Origin: Camelus ferus
Lineage: Eukaryota
Reading direction: 5' to 3'
Length of the DNA: 64,000 nucleotides
Assembly: GCF_009834535.1 (NCBI RefSeq)
Contig: NC_045697.1
Location: forward strand, 23,810,001-23,874,000
The notes beneath the pieces were generated by a model. The model was given only the letters and a program-made list of their open reading frames with translations. It ran no database searches and was not told where the DNA came from. Every line of letters starts with the position of its first letter. The stretch's first letter is position 1. A program made the position numbers and the translations under genes. Shown here piece after piece: positions 13,025-24,100 of this stretch.

Positions 13025-13599
13025 TGAAGGGTACAAGAATATGCCACCCTAAAATACGCCACTTTGGTGTATTGATTATTTTTAGCTAGAGGCCATTGAA
13101 AACCAGTTGACACAGGAAAAGCTCTAAAAATAGAGCACAAAATTTCCTTTTATAAAAGAAATATATATTTGTAAAAGATGTCTTCAGATCTCAAACTGGG
13201 AATAGAGGACTCAGTAACTCATCGATGGAGAAGGCATTGACTTAAATATGCATTGCAAAACTAACCAACATCACCAGACAAGTTTGTTTACCGTATTTTT
13301 CCTGGCCATCTCTTCATAACTTGCCTTCATTTGCCCAGAAGCCCAAAACCCATTTTCCTTTGTTTTTGCCTAACATTCTGTATAAACCCAAGTTCTAATC
13401 AACTCTTGGAGTTATTTGTCTCTAGGTACTCCCGTAAGTAAGCATGATGCACATGCTGATACACTTTTGTGTGCTTTTCTTTTGCTAATCTGTCTTTAAT
13501 CAGGCCCACCAGAAATATAGGAGTGTTGTAGAAAAAAAATAATTTTTCTCCACCAGAAATATAGGAGTGTTGTAGGAAAAATAATTTTTCTCCCCTATA
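13025..13599 (+). mobile_element. MER34-like solo LTR with an internal ~44-bp tandem duplication
   Basis: TGAAGGG...gaatatgccaccctaaaatacgccactttgg...CCCTATA; TSD ATCT (13021-13024 / 13600-13603); duplication 13506-13549 / 13550-13591. Confidence 0.85.
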
Positions 13600-13957
13600 A
13601 TCTCTTGTCGGAGATTTCAAATTTAGAAATTACTATTAGTTAATTAACAACAGTCGTTTGAAATTTCTGTCATCTGTAGTAGTTTATTCTGATTTCTGCC
13701 TAAAGGCTCTCTCAGCAGTTACCTGCTGAAGATTGTGTATTCCTGAAAGACTGGCTTAGAGCCCCATGGAAAAGAACTGTACTAGGTACTTCGAAATATT
13801 TATACTTCAAAGAATAAACTTTTGGTTTTAGGCTTCTGATGGCATTTTGATACCAGTGGGCTGAGTCAGGATTTCCTGAATTCTTCCTATATACCTTTCC
13901 AGGTGCCTTCACTGAGACTGTTATCCGAAGATCTAGCAGATTAAAAATGAATTAGAA

Positions 13958-14112
13958 GTATTGAAGATATAATGTACATGATGGCTTTATTTAACACTAC
14001 TGTATACTATATTTTTGAGTTGCTAAGAGAGTAAATCTTAAGAATTCTCATTCCAAGGAAAACAATTTTTGCAACTCTGTAAGATAATGGATATTAACTA
14101 AAAATAAATAAT
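13958..14112 (+). mobile_element. L1MA-type 3' end fragment
   Basis: gatataatgtacatgatg...gttgctaagagagtaaatcttaagaattctca...ggatattaacta followed by an A-rich tail. Confidence 0.6.
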
Positions 14113-14510
14113 AATAAAGGAGAAAAGAAGGAGTTATGTAGGACTGAATGAGCTGACAAGGGAAATGTTATTTATTTGAAATACCATTGATGTTGTTTTA
14201 ATGTTCTGTTTTATGTATAAGGAAATCTTTTCTTTTTAATATAACTGTTGCTCATGAAGAGCAGCAGAATATGCCACCCCAAAATATTCCACTTTGGTAT
14301 ATTATTTGGGGCTGTAGGAACTTGGAAAACAGCAAGGGAGAGGCTTTCTCTGAACTCCTCTTTTCTGCCCCAGGACACATCCTTCTAAAGGGACTCAATT
14401 GTCATAAATTCTCTCCCCTGGAGTTTTATCAACCAGAGAAGATTGACATTTATCACAGGAAAGGAGACTACAAGTGACACCGTACCCAGATAAACTTTGT
14501 CACAAACTAT

Positions 14511-15529
14511 TATTTACAGAAAAAATAAATAAAACTAGGCATATTGATACAAGAAAATGAGATGCAAGAGGATGGTTGTGTCCAGGTCTTGGACAAGTAC
14601 TTGGGGTGCACCCCACCAAGTGAGGGTCCTTGGTTTTGTGTAGGAAAGAATTCAAGAGAAAGCAACAGCTGAGTAAAAGTAGATTTATTCAAAGAGATGT
14701 ATACTCCACAGACAGAGTGTAGGCCATCTCAGATAGCCAGAGAAGCCATGAGATGTTGGGGAGGTGGGTAGTTTAAAGTAAAAATAGATACATGTTCAAA
14801 AAAAACAGTATGGGCCATCTCTAAAGTCAGGAGAGGGTGACCACAAGGTGTGGCAGTTAGTTTTTAGTTAGTGGGCTTGGTACTTCATATGCTAACAAGT
14901 GGGAGGATTATTCCAACTAATTTGGGGAAGAGGAAGGGATTTCCAGGAATTGGGCCATTATCCACTTTTTGGCCTTTTATGGTTAACCTCAGAACTGTCA
15001 TGGTGCTGGTGGGTGTGTCATTTACCATGCTAATATATTGCATTGAGTGTAAAGTGAAGCTCAAGGTCTACTGGGAGTTGAATCTTAACACCGTTTTGGG
15101 CCTCAAGGTCCAAGGAAGTTGAACTTCAATTGCTGTGTCATTCTTTTAATGGTTGTGCCCTGTCCCCTTCCCTCCTGTCTCAATATTAAATTTTTTTAAA
15201 GCTTATTTGAGTAATAATCAATTTGAATAGGGCAGCACCAGACCTTAAATGGTTAGGAATGTTTCACAGACAGGAACTAGGGAAAGGCTTTTGTAGACCA
15301 GACACAGAAACAAATTAAGAAAATTTTTCGTTGGCTAGAGGTTAGGTGGTTGCCTTATTTGGGAAAGCCTAGTTGGTTATTTTTGATTGCTTGTTCTTAG
15401 ATTTTAATTTCTTAACCTTGTGGCATTTATGGAAATATACTCTGGCTTAAGTTTTTGTTCAGTTTTGTAGGTTGCCAAGGCATTAGAACACCTTCAGTCT
15501 AATAGTCTTCTTGTTCAATTACTGTAACA
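14511..15529 (-). mobile_element. ERV1-class solo LTR (middle element of the triple nest)
   Basis: tatttacag...CTGTAACA, flanked by TSD CTAT (14507-14510 / 15530-15533). Confidence 0.75.
14545..15182 (-). mobile_element. ERV1-class solo LTR (innermost element of the triple nest)
   Basis: TGATACA...TGTCTCA inverted termini; TSD ATAT (14541-14544 / 15183-15186). Confidence 0.85.
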
Positions 15530-17537
15530 CTATCATACCTCCTATCTATTCTTCTTGGAGCCCATTCATCTTTCCTGAAAATCATTTACTCTTCTCTGTA
15601 TGGCCTGCATGTCCCCCTTTTTTCCCTATTAAGATAGTATTTAAGTCTGAATTCTAAGCCACCTGTGAATTACTCATTTTTCCCATGGTAAAATTTGTAT
15701 ACATGAGTGATGCATGTTAATAAACTTCTAAATGTTTTTCTCTTGTTAATCTATTTTTTTTGTTACAGGGTCTCAGCTATGAACTCAGAAGGGTAGAGTG
15801 AAAATTATTTTCTTCCCTTACGCCCACAAAAGTAGTAGTAGTAGTCTACAAAAGTAGTAGACTCTACTTTTGTAAAATGGGACATTTTAAAATCGTATCT
15901 AATTTTCCTCTCCCCCACCCCCATCCTCTCACAAGAATTCAGAACATTGCGTTGTTTCCTTCCTATATGTGGTTATTATGTTATTTGCATATGTCCATTA
16001 AAAATATGTCCTTCTCTCTACCATGGTGTAATTGTTTACCATGATGTTAGTGGGTTAGTTATTCCCACTAACACCTGGCCTTACCTGAAATGTGGTATTT
16101 GAGAATGATGCAGATTTAATCAGATCTGACCAGCCACTTTAAAAGAGCTAATTCTGGTTTTATGTAATCCAGATTTGCAAAGGCCACCCAGTACCTGATT
16201 TATATAGAGTTTATGGTAAGGGAGTTCATCTCAGGCGAGTCGGGCACCTTAGAATATTTTGGGGACCTTAGAGAGTGGAAATTATCCAAAGTTGTAAGTA
16301 CTGTAAATCAAATCTCATGGAGCAAGTTTCTCAAGATTGGCTCCCTGGGCTCAATGTAGCAAAGAATAAAAGACTCTTATTAATCTAATCTGAGATTCCT
16401 TTTGATAACATGCAGCAAAGTAAGTTTAAAAAGATCTAATCGGTAGATTAAGATTCTTGTTGGATTTATGTAAATAATCAGGCCAAATTTAATAAAGCCA
16501 TTTTTATTTTATAGTCTATAAGAATCTTTCTTTGAGATTATTTTTTGAATTAAGTGGGAGGAGCTATAGAAACAATCTGTGCTTTGATGGAAAGCTATAC
16601 ATTATCTAGAGCACTCCATTCCTTCTTATTTGATTAGTCTTTCACTGACTGTGAGCTGTTTTAGAACCTTTATATTGTAGGTAAATGACAGAAATGCAAA
16701 TTCTTGTCTATAGACATGCAAATACATTCTGTCTGATAGACTCAGTTGATTTCCCTTAGCATCTTGAAGCCAGTTTTGCTTGTATTTGTACACTCATTTC
16801 AATATTCTTGATCTATAAACTTGATGTATTTAGATTCTCTTTTTTAACATCTTACTAGTTTCCTTATTAATGATTTTAAAAGAATCTTTAACATCTGTTC
16901 ATTTCGTATCTGTATGAGTGTTACAATTTTGCATTTTAAAAAAGTTTAGCATATTGTAAACATTTCTTCTGCTTTCATACCACTCTAGTTTGAAAATGTA
17001 TCTTCTTTGATTCCCTCTCAGTTTTCCAAAATTATTTTGGAAGTTTCTTCAACTCCCCTTGCTCAACCACTCTCCTTTGTGCATGGTGGGGAGGGATGAA
17101 AGAGGTCATGGGGATAGAAAGTGATCAACAGCAGAGTAAAAGCCACTGTTCATCTTTTCTATTTTTGTTTCCCCTCTGGTTCTTATTTCTCTCACTTTTA
17201 AGGATTTTTTCCCACAGACTTATCATCTTATTACTTGATTTTTGCTTTTAAATAATAAAGATGTGTCTGTTTTACCTTTTGGGTTACAATTTCTTATTTT
17301 GTTATGAAAATGAAAAAAGAAAAAAGAGCTAATGTGTAATACAAGTTAAGCACATTGTTCTTACTTTAAAAAAATACTCAAACATGACAAGTATTTCTAT
17401 GTGCAAAGCCCAGGCTTAATTCTAGCAGTAATCCTGCATACCAGGAATAGTATTATTTTTATTTTGAATATAGTAAAAAAAATTATGTTTAAAATGCTGG
17501 GGAATATTCCCAAATTTGCACAACCACTAGGTAGATA

Positions 17538-18085
17538 TGTTGTCAGAGAATGAGATGCTAAGGTCAGGAAAACAAAGCAAGGATTCATTAAGGGATAGAT
17601 AATGCACTCTCAAGGCAAAAGCAGGTAGACCCAGGTACATAGCTGCCTGGGCTTCTTTGGCAAGCTGGTTACATGGGATGTAAAAATGAATGGGAAAAAT
17701 ATTTATTGGCTGAGAGAGATTTGGGGTTTCCTGATCTTTATCCCAGTTCCACCTTCCTGGGTGGAAGGAGGGATTTTTTTGTCCTAATTTAGTCTTGATC
17801 AGGAAGTCTGATGAGATCATGATGAGCAAAGGTTACATTCAGATGAGAGTATAATGAGCAAAAGGTTACATTGGGGTGGTGGAGATTCCTGTCTTGTCTC
17901 ACATTTCTTTGTCTGCCTCCAAGACACTCGTCAACCCAGAATGTATGGTTTCTTGTAAGTCCAGAGGTTTATGCTTTTCTTGGTCTGTTTAAGGACCTTT
18001 GTTGTTCAGGAGATGTATGATTTCTTGGCACTTGGTCCATGTTGTTCTTTCTCTGCTCATATCTAGCTACCCACCTGCTCTAACA
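17538..18085 (-). mobile_element. ERV1-class solo LTR
   Basis: TGTTG...CTAACA; TSD GATA (17534-17537 / 18086-18089). Confidence 0.85.
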
Positions 18086-19255
18086 GATAGAAAATAAAAT
18101 CAAAATGGTAGGGGGAGGTCCAGATGAAAATCACTTGTTAGTTCAGACTATTAATTTCCTTCTATTTTTTTATTGTCATATCTCTTCTCATATTTTCAGA
18201 GAAACGTTATTGTGAAATATTTTTACAGTATGTCTAAGTGACTAATAAGTCCAGAAGTTTGTCTTTCTAAATTATATTTTGTATATAAAGTATTATGGCT
18301 AAGTAGAGGTAGGAGATACGAAATATTTCATGTGGTTCTTCTTTTTTCCAAGAATATTATGACACACAGTCAGTCAAATGTTAGCATCCCAAATATCACC
18401 AACACAACCTATTGATAAAATGAAGCTGAGTAATCATGGCAAGGCAAGGTGCTACCTGGCAAAGTTTTGGCACTGTTTTAAGGGGAAATAATACAATAGT
18501 TTAGGATTTGTGGAAACAGCAAGGCAAAGATTTTGAAGTGAAGGTTTCAATGAATCTTAAGGCACAAAATGTTTGTTGATATTTTCCATTGGAGAATTGA
18601 TGAATTTTGCAAGTAGGCCTGTAGTGAACAATCAAACAATTTTTCTGGACAGCATAGCCCTAGAAAAAAATGAAGTCATGTTACTGAGGACAGAGAAATC
18701 GCAAAACCATGCTAATATAGAAATAAAGGTGTGGTTTCAGCTCTCAGTGTTCAAACTGAGTGTAAGAGTAGCTAGTTTTGTTTATGAAAACTAACATTCA
18801 AATGCAAAAAAAAGTTTTTAAAAGTTGTTTTGAAACTTTTTTTGTTACCTTTTAGTCTCAGTAAGATTATCTTAAGAAGCAGAGTATGTCACTTGTCATG
18901 CAGTGACTAGGAATGTAACTGACAATGAAAACAAGGATGAGAAAGCATTTCCTTAGTCTAATGAAAAGCTAGTCAGAGTATTAGAAAAACAATTGAGATA
19001 AAGAGCACAGAGTACTTAACAATACACACACACACACAAATAGAAATTCTTAGCACTAAAGTATCCTAAAAACACTTATATTTTACCCAAGTAGATCTCT
19101 TGAAAATGTACTATCATTGACAGAATTTGTACCATATTGTCAATACAGCTGCCACTGCCTCATTTCTATCTCTTCAGTTTTCTCTAGAGCTCTCATAAAA
19201 TAAATGTGTCCATAAATGTTATCATATTAAAACAACAAAATAATAAAATTCTAAT

Positions 19256-22200
19256 GGGGACTTCAAGATGGTGGAGTAGAGGATATGGAGCTCACCCTCT
19301 CCCATGAATACATCAAAAATTACATCTACACATGAAACAATGTCATAGAATACCAACTGAACTTTGGCAGAATATCTCTTACAATTGGAACTACAAGAAA
19401 AATCCTCACAAAACTGGGTAGGAGAAGAAAAAGGAAAAGGAAACCAGAGCAGGATCTGCCCCCTCTGGAGGAAGGGCAGAGAAGGAAAAGTGCCCTCACC
19501 CTAAGAAGCCCCCTCTCCAGTGGAGAGGTCGCCTGGGACAGAAAGGGAGCTCCAGAGGCTTAGAGGAGAAAGTAGTAACTGCTTGTCAGACAGAATGGAG
19601 AGAAACCAGCACAGAGGGTCAGTTCAACACCAGGAATGACCCGGAAGCCGATGAGTGCAGGCTGGGACTGGGTGCTGGGGCTTGGGTTTCAGAGGATGGG
19701 CCCAGGAAGAGAACTGGGGCTGACTGCAGAGGCAGCCTCAGGGGGCTGGAGTGTGGTGCAGGCTGAGGCTGGGAGTGTATGCAGAACAGCCTGGGTTTAC
19801 CATAGGACCCTCCACTACTAGCACAGCAGAAGGAGGCATTCAACACAGCCTGGCCATAGCAGCCTTCTTCACAAGCCCAGAGGGTATTCCTCAGCACCAT
19901 GGTTGGTGTCAGACAGATTGGGGTCCAGACATAGAAATCTTCTTGGTTTGCTCTGGAGGGGCCCAGTCGCTGGTGCACAGCTCCCAAGAAGAGGCAGAGA
20001 TGAAAACCGAGTCTACTTTCAGTGGTCTCAGGACTTCTCAGGTGGGACTGAAATTTAAGTCAAGCCTCAGGCAGATGTGAAAGATTTGCTCCACTGGAGA
20101 CTTTGTGGACCGGCACCTCTGGGATAACTGAGTGGAGTTCTGGTGTGTGGAGGGGGCAGGTCTTATATTAACAGGGGTCTACACATGTGGAGGTGGGGCC
20201 GGTATCTGGGTTGGCCCTGTAGCTATTGCTGGATCCTAATGCATGGCTGCGCGCACACTATGGTGGTCCTGGTGCCTTATGTCAGCAGATCTACCCTGGT
20301 AGCCCTGCGGGCACAGAACCTGGGGGAGACCAGAACAGGTTGCCGACATTCTCGCAGCTGAGGCAGGGAAAAGAGCAGTGTCAACAAAGTGTACTTTGAA
20401 GCCCACACAAGTGACAAACAACATCACAGAGGGCACTTACTGGTGGACATCTCCTGCAGAGGAATACTCAGTGGTGCATCTTCTAGCAAATGTGCTCCAA
20501 TGATCAAAGGAGCAGTACAAGAAGAGGCCATTGTACCTATTAACACATATGCACTCGCATACTGGAGCATCTAAATATATAAAGCAAATACTAACAGACA
20601 TAAAGGGAGAAACTGATGAGAATACAAGAATAGTAGGAGCCTAACAATGACATCATTGGACAGATCTTTGAGACAGAAAATCAATAAGGCAGCAGAGATA
20701 CTAAATGACACAACAGAACAGTTAGACTTAATTGATATTTTCAGGACATTACATCCCCAAAAACCAGAATGCATTCTTTTCAAGTGAGAATGGAACATTC
20801 ACTAGGATGGAGCACATACTAGGACACAAAAGAAGCTGCAGCAAATTTAAGAAGATAGAAATTATTTCAAGTATCTTTTCTGACCACAATGGCATGAATT
20901 CAGAAATCAACCACAGAAAGAAAAATGAGAAAACATCAACAATAACAACAAAGAGACTAAACAACATGCTACTAAAAAACCAATAGGTCAACAATGAAAT
21001 CAAAGAAGAAATTAAAAAATACCTTGAGACAAATGAAAATGAAAACACAACCACACAGAATCTATGGGATACAGGAAAAACAGTCCTAAGAGGAAAGTTC
21101 ATAGTGACACAGACCTTCCTTAAAAAATAAGCACAATCTCAAATAAACAGTTTAACTTACCATCTGAAAGAATTGGAAACAAACAAAACCTAAAGTCAGC
21201 AGAAGGAAAGAAATAATAAAGATCAGGGAGGAAATAAAATAGAAATTTTAAAAATAGAAAAAAATCAGTCAAACCAAGAGCTGGTTTTTGAAAAGGTAAC
21301 AAAATTGACAAATCTTTGGCCAGGCTCACAAGAAGAAATGAGAAAAGACAAAAATAACCAAAATAAGAAATGAAAATGGAGAAATTGCAACAAAGACCAC
21401 AGAAAAACAAATAAACAGACAAAAAATCATAAAAAAGTACTATGAACAACTATATGGCAACAAATTGGACAACCTAGAAGAAATAGACAAGTTTCTACAA
21501 ACTTACAGTCCACCAAACTGAATCAAAAAGAAATGGATAATTTGAATAGACCACACCACTAGAAATGAAATAAAATCAGCAATAAAAAACCTCCCTGCAA
21601 ACAAAAGTCCAGGACCATATGGCTTCACTCAGGAATTCTACCAGATATAGGAAGAACTTATATGCATCCTTCTCAAACTCTTCCAAAAGATTGAAGAGGA
21701 GGGAATACTCCCAAAGTCATTCTTTGAAGCCACCATCACCCTGATACCAAAACCACATAAAGACACTACCAGAAAAGAAAATTATAGATTAATATCTTTG
21801 ATGAATATAGATGCAGAGATTCTCATCAAAATATTAACAAACAGAATCTAAGATCCACCATGATCAAGCTGGATTCATCCCAGGGACACAAGAATGGTTC
21901 AACATACACAAATCATTCAGTGTGATACACCACATTTACAAAAGAAAAAAACAAAAATCACATGATTATCTAAATAGTTGTAGAAAAAGTATTTGATAAA
22001 GTCTAACACCCATTTTTGACAAAAATTCTTACCAAAGTGGGTATAGAGGGAACATATTTCAAAATAATAAAAGCTATTTATGACAGACACACAGGCAGCA
22101 TAATGCTCAATGGTGAAAAGCTGAAAGCCTTCTCATTAAAATCTGGAGCAAGACAAGGATGCCCACTCTCACCACTTCTATTCAACATAGTATTGGAAAT

Positions 22201-23680
22201 CCTAGCCATAGCAATCAGAGAAGAAAAAGAAATAAAAAGGATCCAAATTGGAAGAGAAGAAATAAAAGTGTCCTATCTGTACATGACATGATACTATACA
22301 TAGAAAATCCTAAAACCTCCACACAAAAACTACTTCAGTTGATAAAATAATTTGGAAACGTAGCAGGATACAAGATTAGCATGAAGAAAGCAGTTGCATT
22401 TCTTTACACTAACAATGAATTATGAGAAAACAAAAGTAAAAAAATTCCCTTTTAAAATCTCATCAAAAAAATAAAATGTGTATGAATAAACCTGACCAAG
22501 GAGGTAAAAGACTTATATGTAGATAACTGCAAAGCATTTATTAAAGAAATTAAACATGATTTAAAGAAATGGAATTATATTCTATGCTCTTGGATTGGAA
22601 GAATTAATATTGTTAAAATGGTCATACTACCAAAGCAATCTACAGATTTAATGTGATCCCTATCAAATTACCCACAACACTTTTCACAGAACCAGAACAA
22701 ATAATTATAAAAATTATATGGAATCACGTAAGACCCAGAATTGCCAAAGCAATATTGAAGAAAAAGAAAGACGTTGGAGGAATAACCCTCTCATACTTTA
22801 GACAATACTATAGCTACAATAATCAAAACACAGAATCAGATATATGGATTGATGGAACAGAATAAGAGCCAAGAAATAAATCCACACACCTAGGGTCAAT
22901 TACTCTTTGACAAAGGAAGCAAGAATATACAATGGAGAAAAGACAGTCTCTTTAGCAGGTGGTGTTGGTAAAGCTGGCATATATCTAGAGGGAACTCTAA
23001 TTTGAAAAGATACATGCACCTCTATGTTCATAGCAGTACTATTTACAATAGCCAAGACATGGAAACAACCTAAATGTCTACTGACAGAAGACTGGATAAA
23101 GAAGCAGTGGTGTGTATATGTGTATGTATATATGTGCACACACATACACATACATACATATACATATACACACACACATAGACAATGGAATACTACTCAG
23201 CCATAAAAAATAATAAAATAATGCCATTTACAGCAATATGAGTGGACCAGGAGATCATCATACTAAGTGAATTAAACCAGAAAGAAGAAGAAAAATACCA
23301 TATGATACTACTTACATGTGAGAATCTAAAAAAAAAAAAAAAATGACATCAATGAATTTACTTACAAAACAGGCTCACAGATGTAGAAAACAAACTTAAG
23401 ATTCCCAGGGGTAAAGTGGTTGGGAAGGGATAGATTGGAGGTTTGAGATTTGCAGATAATAACTACTATATATAAAATAGATAAACAACAAGTTTATAAT
23501 GTATAGCACAGGAAACTATAATATATTCAGTATCTTATAATATGCCTTTAATGAAAAAGAATATGAAAATGAATATATTATGTATATGTATGACTGAAAC
23601 GTGCTGTACAAAATAAATTGGTACATTATAAACTGACTATACTTCAATAAACATAAATATAAAAAAAATAAAATTAAAAA
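19256..23680 (+). mobile_element. Older L1 with intact 5' start but large internal deletions (no ORF1; fragmented ORF2)
   Basis: Begins ggggacttcaagatggtggagtag; the 5' UTR joins directly to ORF2 EN text (MIKGAVQEE) at 20500; degraded ORF2 motifs ([22 protein letters not shown]); 3' UTR and A-rich tail ~23650-23680. Confidence 0.92.
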
Positions 23681-23784
23681 ACAAAGAAGATTTAAAGAAT
23701 AGGGGAACTCATATTTTTGTTAAACATGTTAAATTTTTAAAAGGTTATTTATTAGATCTGTGTGTTTGTATGTACACGTGTGTA

Positions 23785-24100
23785 TGTAACGTTGAACTTT
23801 ACCTCAGCATCCTTTGTTTTAGGGAAGCAGTTTTTTTGTTTCCCAATATCTCACCTTTGTCTTTCAAGGAAAGAACTAATAACAAAGGGCTACTCTGCCC
23901 TGACATATTCCAAGATAAAGGCCTTCTCCATTATTCCTCATGACTTCTAGAAGATTTACCAGTGATTCCTTTGTTTACCTTCGTGTCAAGGACCCAAGTT
24001 TCTCTTCCTTTTCTTTGAGATGTTCTTTATTAATGAATGTTCTCCATAGTGCAGTAAGTTAGTATTGAAAAAATAATCTCTGTAACTTTCTGATGTTACA
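23785..24100. mobile_element. Short LTR-like element
   Basis: TGTAAC...GTTACA inverted termini; no clean TSD. Confidence 0.4.

Larger units (their letters stand above)
14255..15822 (+). mobile_element. MER34-like solo LTR (outer element of the triple nest)
   Basis: 5' part 14255-14510 (TGAAGAG...gaatatgccaccccaaaatattccactttgg), 3' part 15534-15822 (aataaac...CCCTTACG); TSD CTCA/CCCA. Confidence 0.8.
10750..16620 (+). mobile_element. Decayed non-coding ERV1 internal sequence (MER4-group/MER34-int-like), interrupted by solo LTRs
   Basis: Segments between the LTRs (10760-11160, 11658-12055, 13604-13950, 15880-16620) resemble MER4-group internal text (e.g. agaatattttggggaccttag, tatgtaaataatcaggccaaatttaataa); no gag/pol/env ORF. 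Boundaries approximate. Confidence 0.55.

Noticed and set aside
19619..20436. Several overlapping ORFs on both strands
   Set aside because: They lie in the GC-rich 5' UTR of the older L1; no family resemblance.
20480..20520. 5' UTR-ORF2 junction as a spliced L1 product
   Set aside because: The equivalent ORF2 position in the intact L1 (tttata|atgatt) has no AG acceptor.
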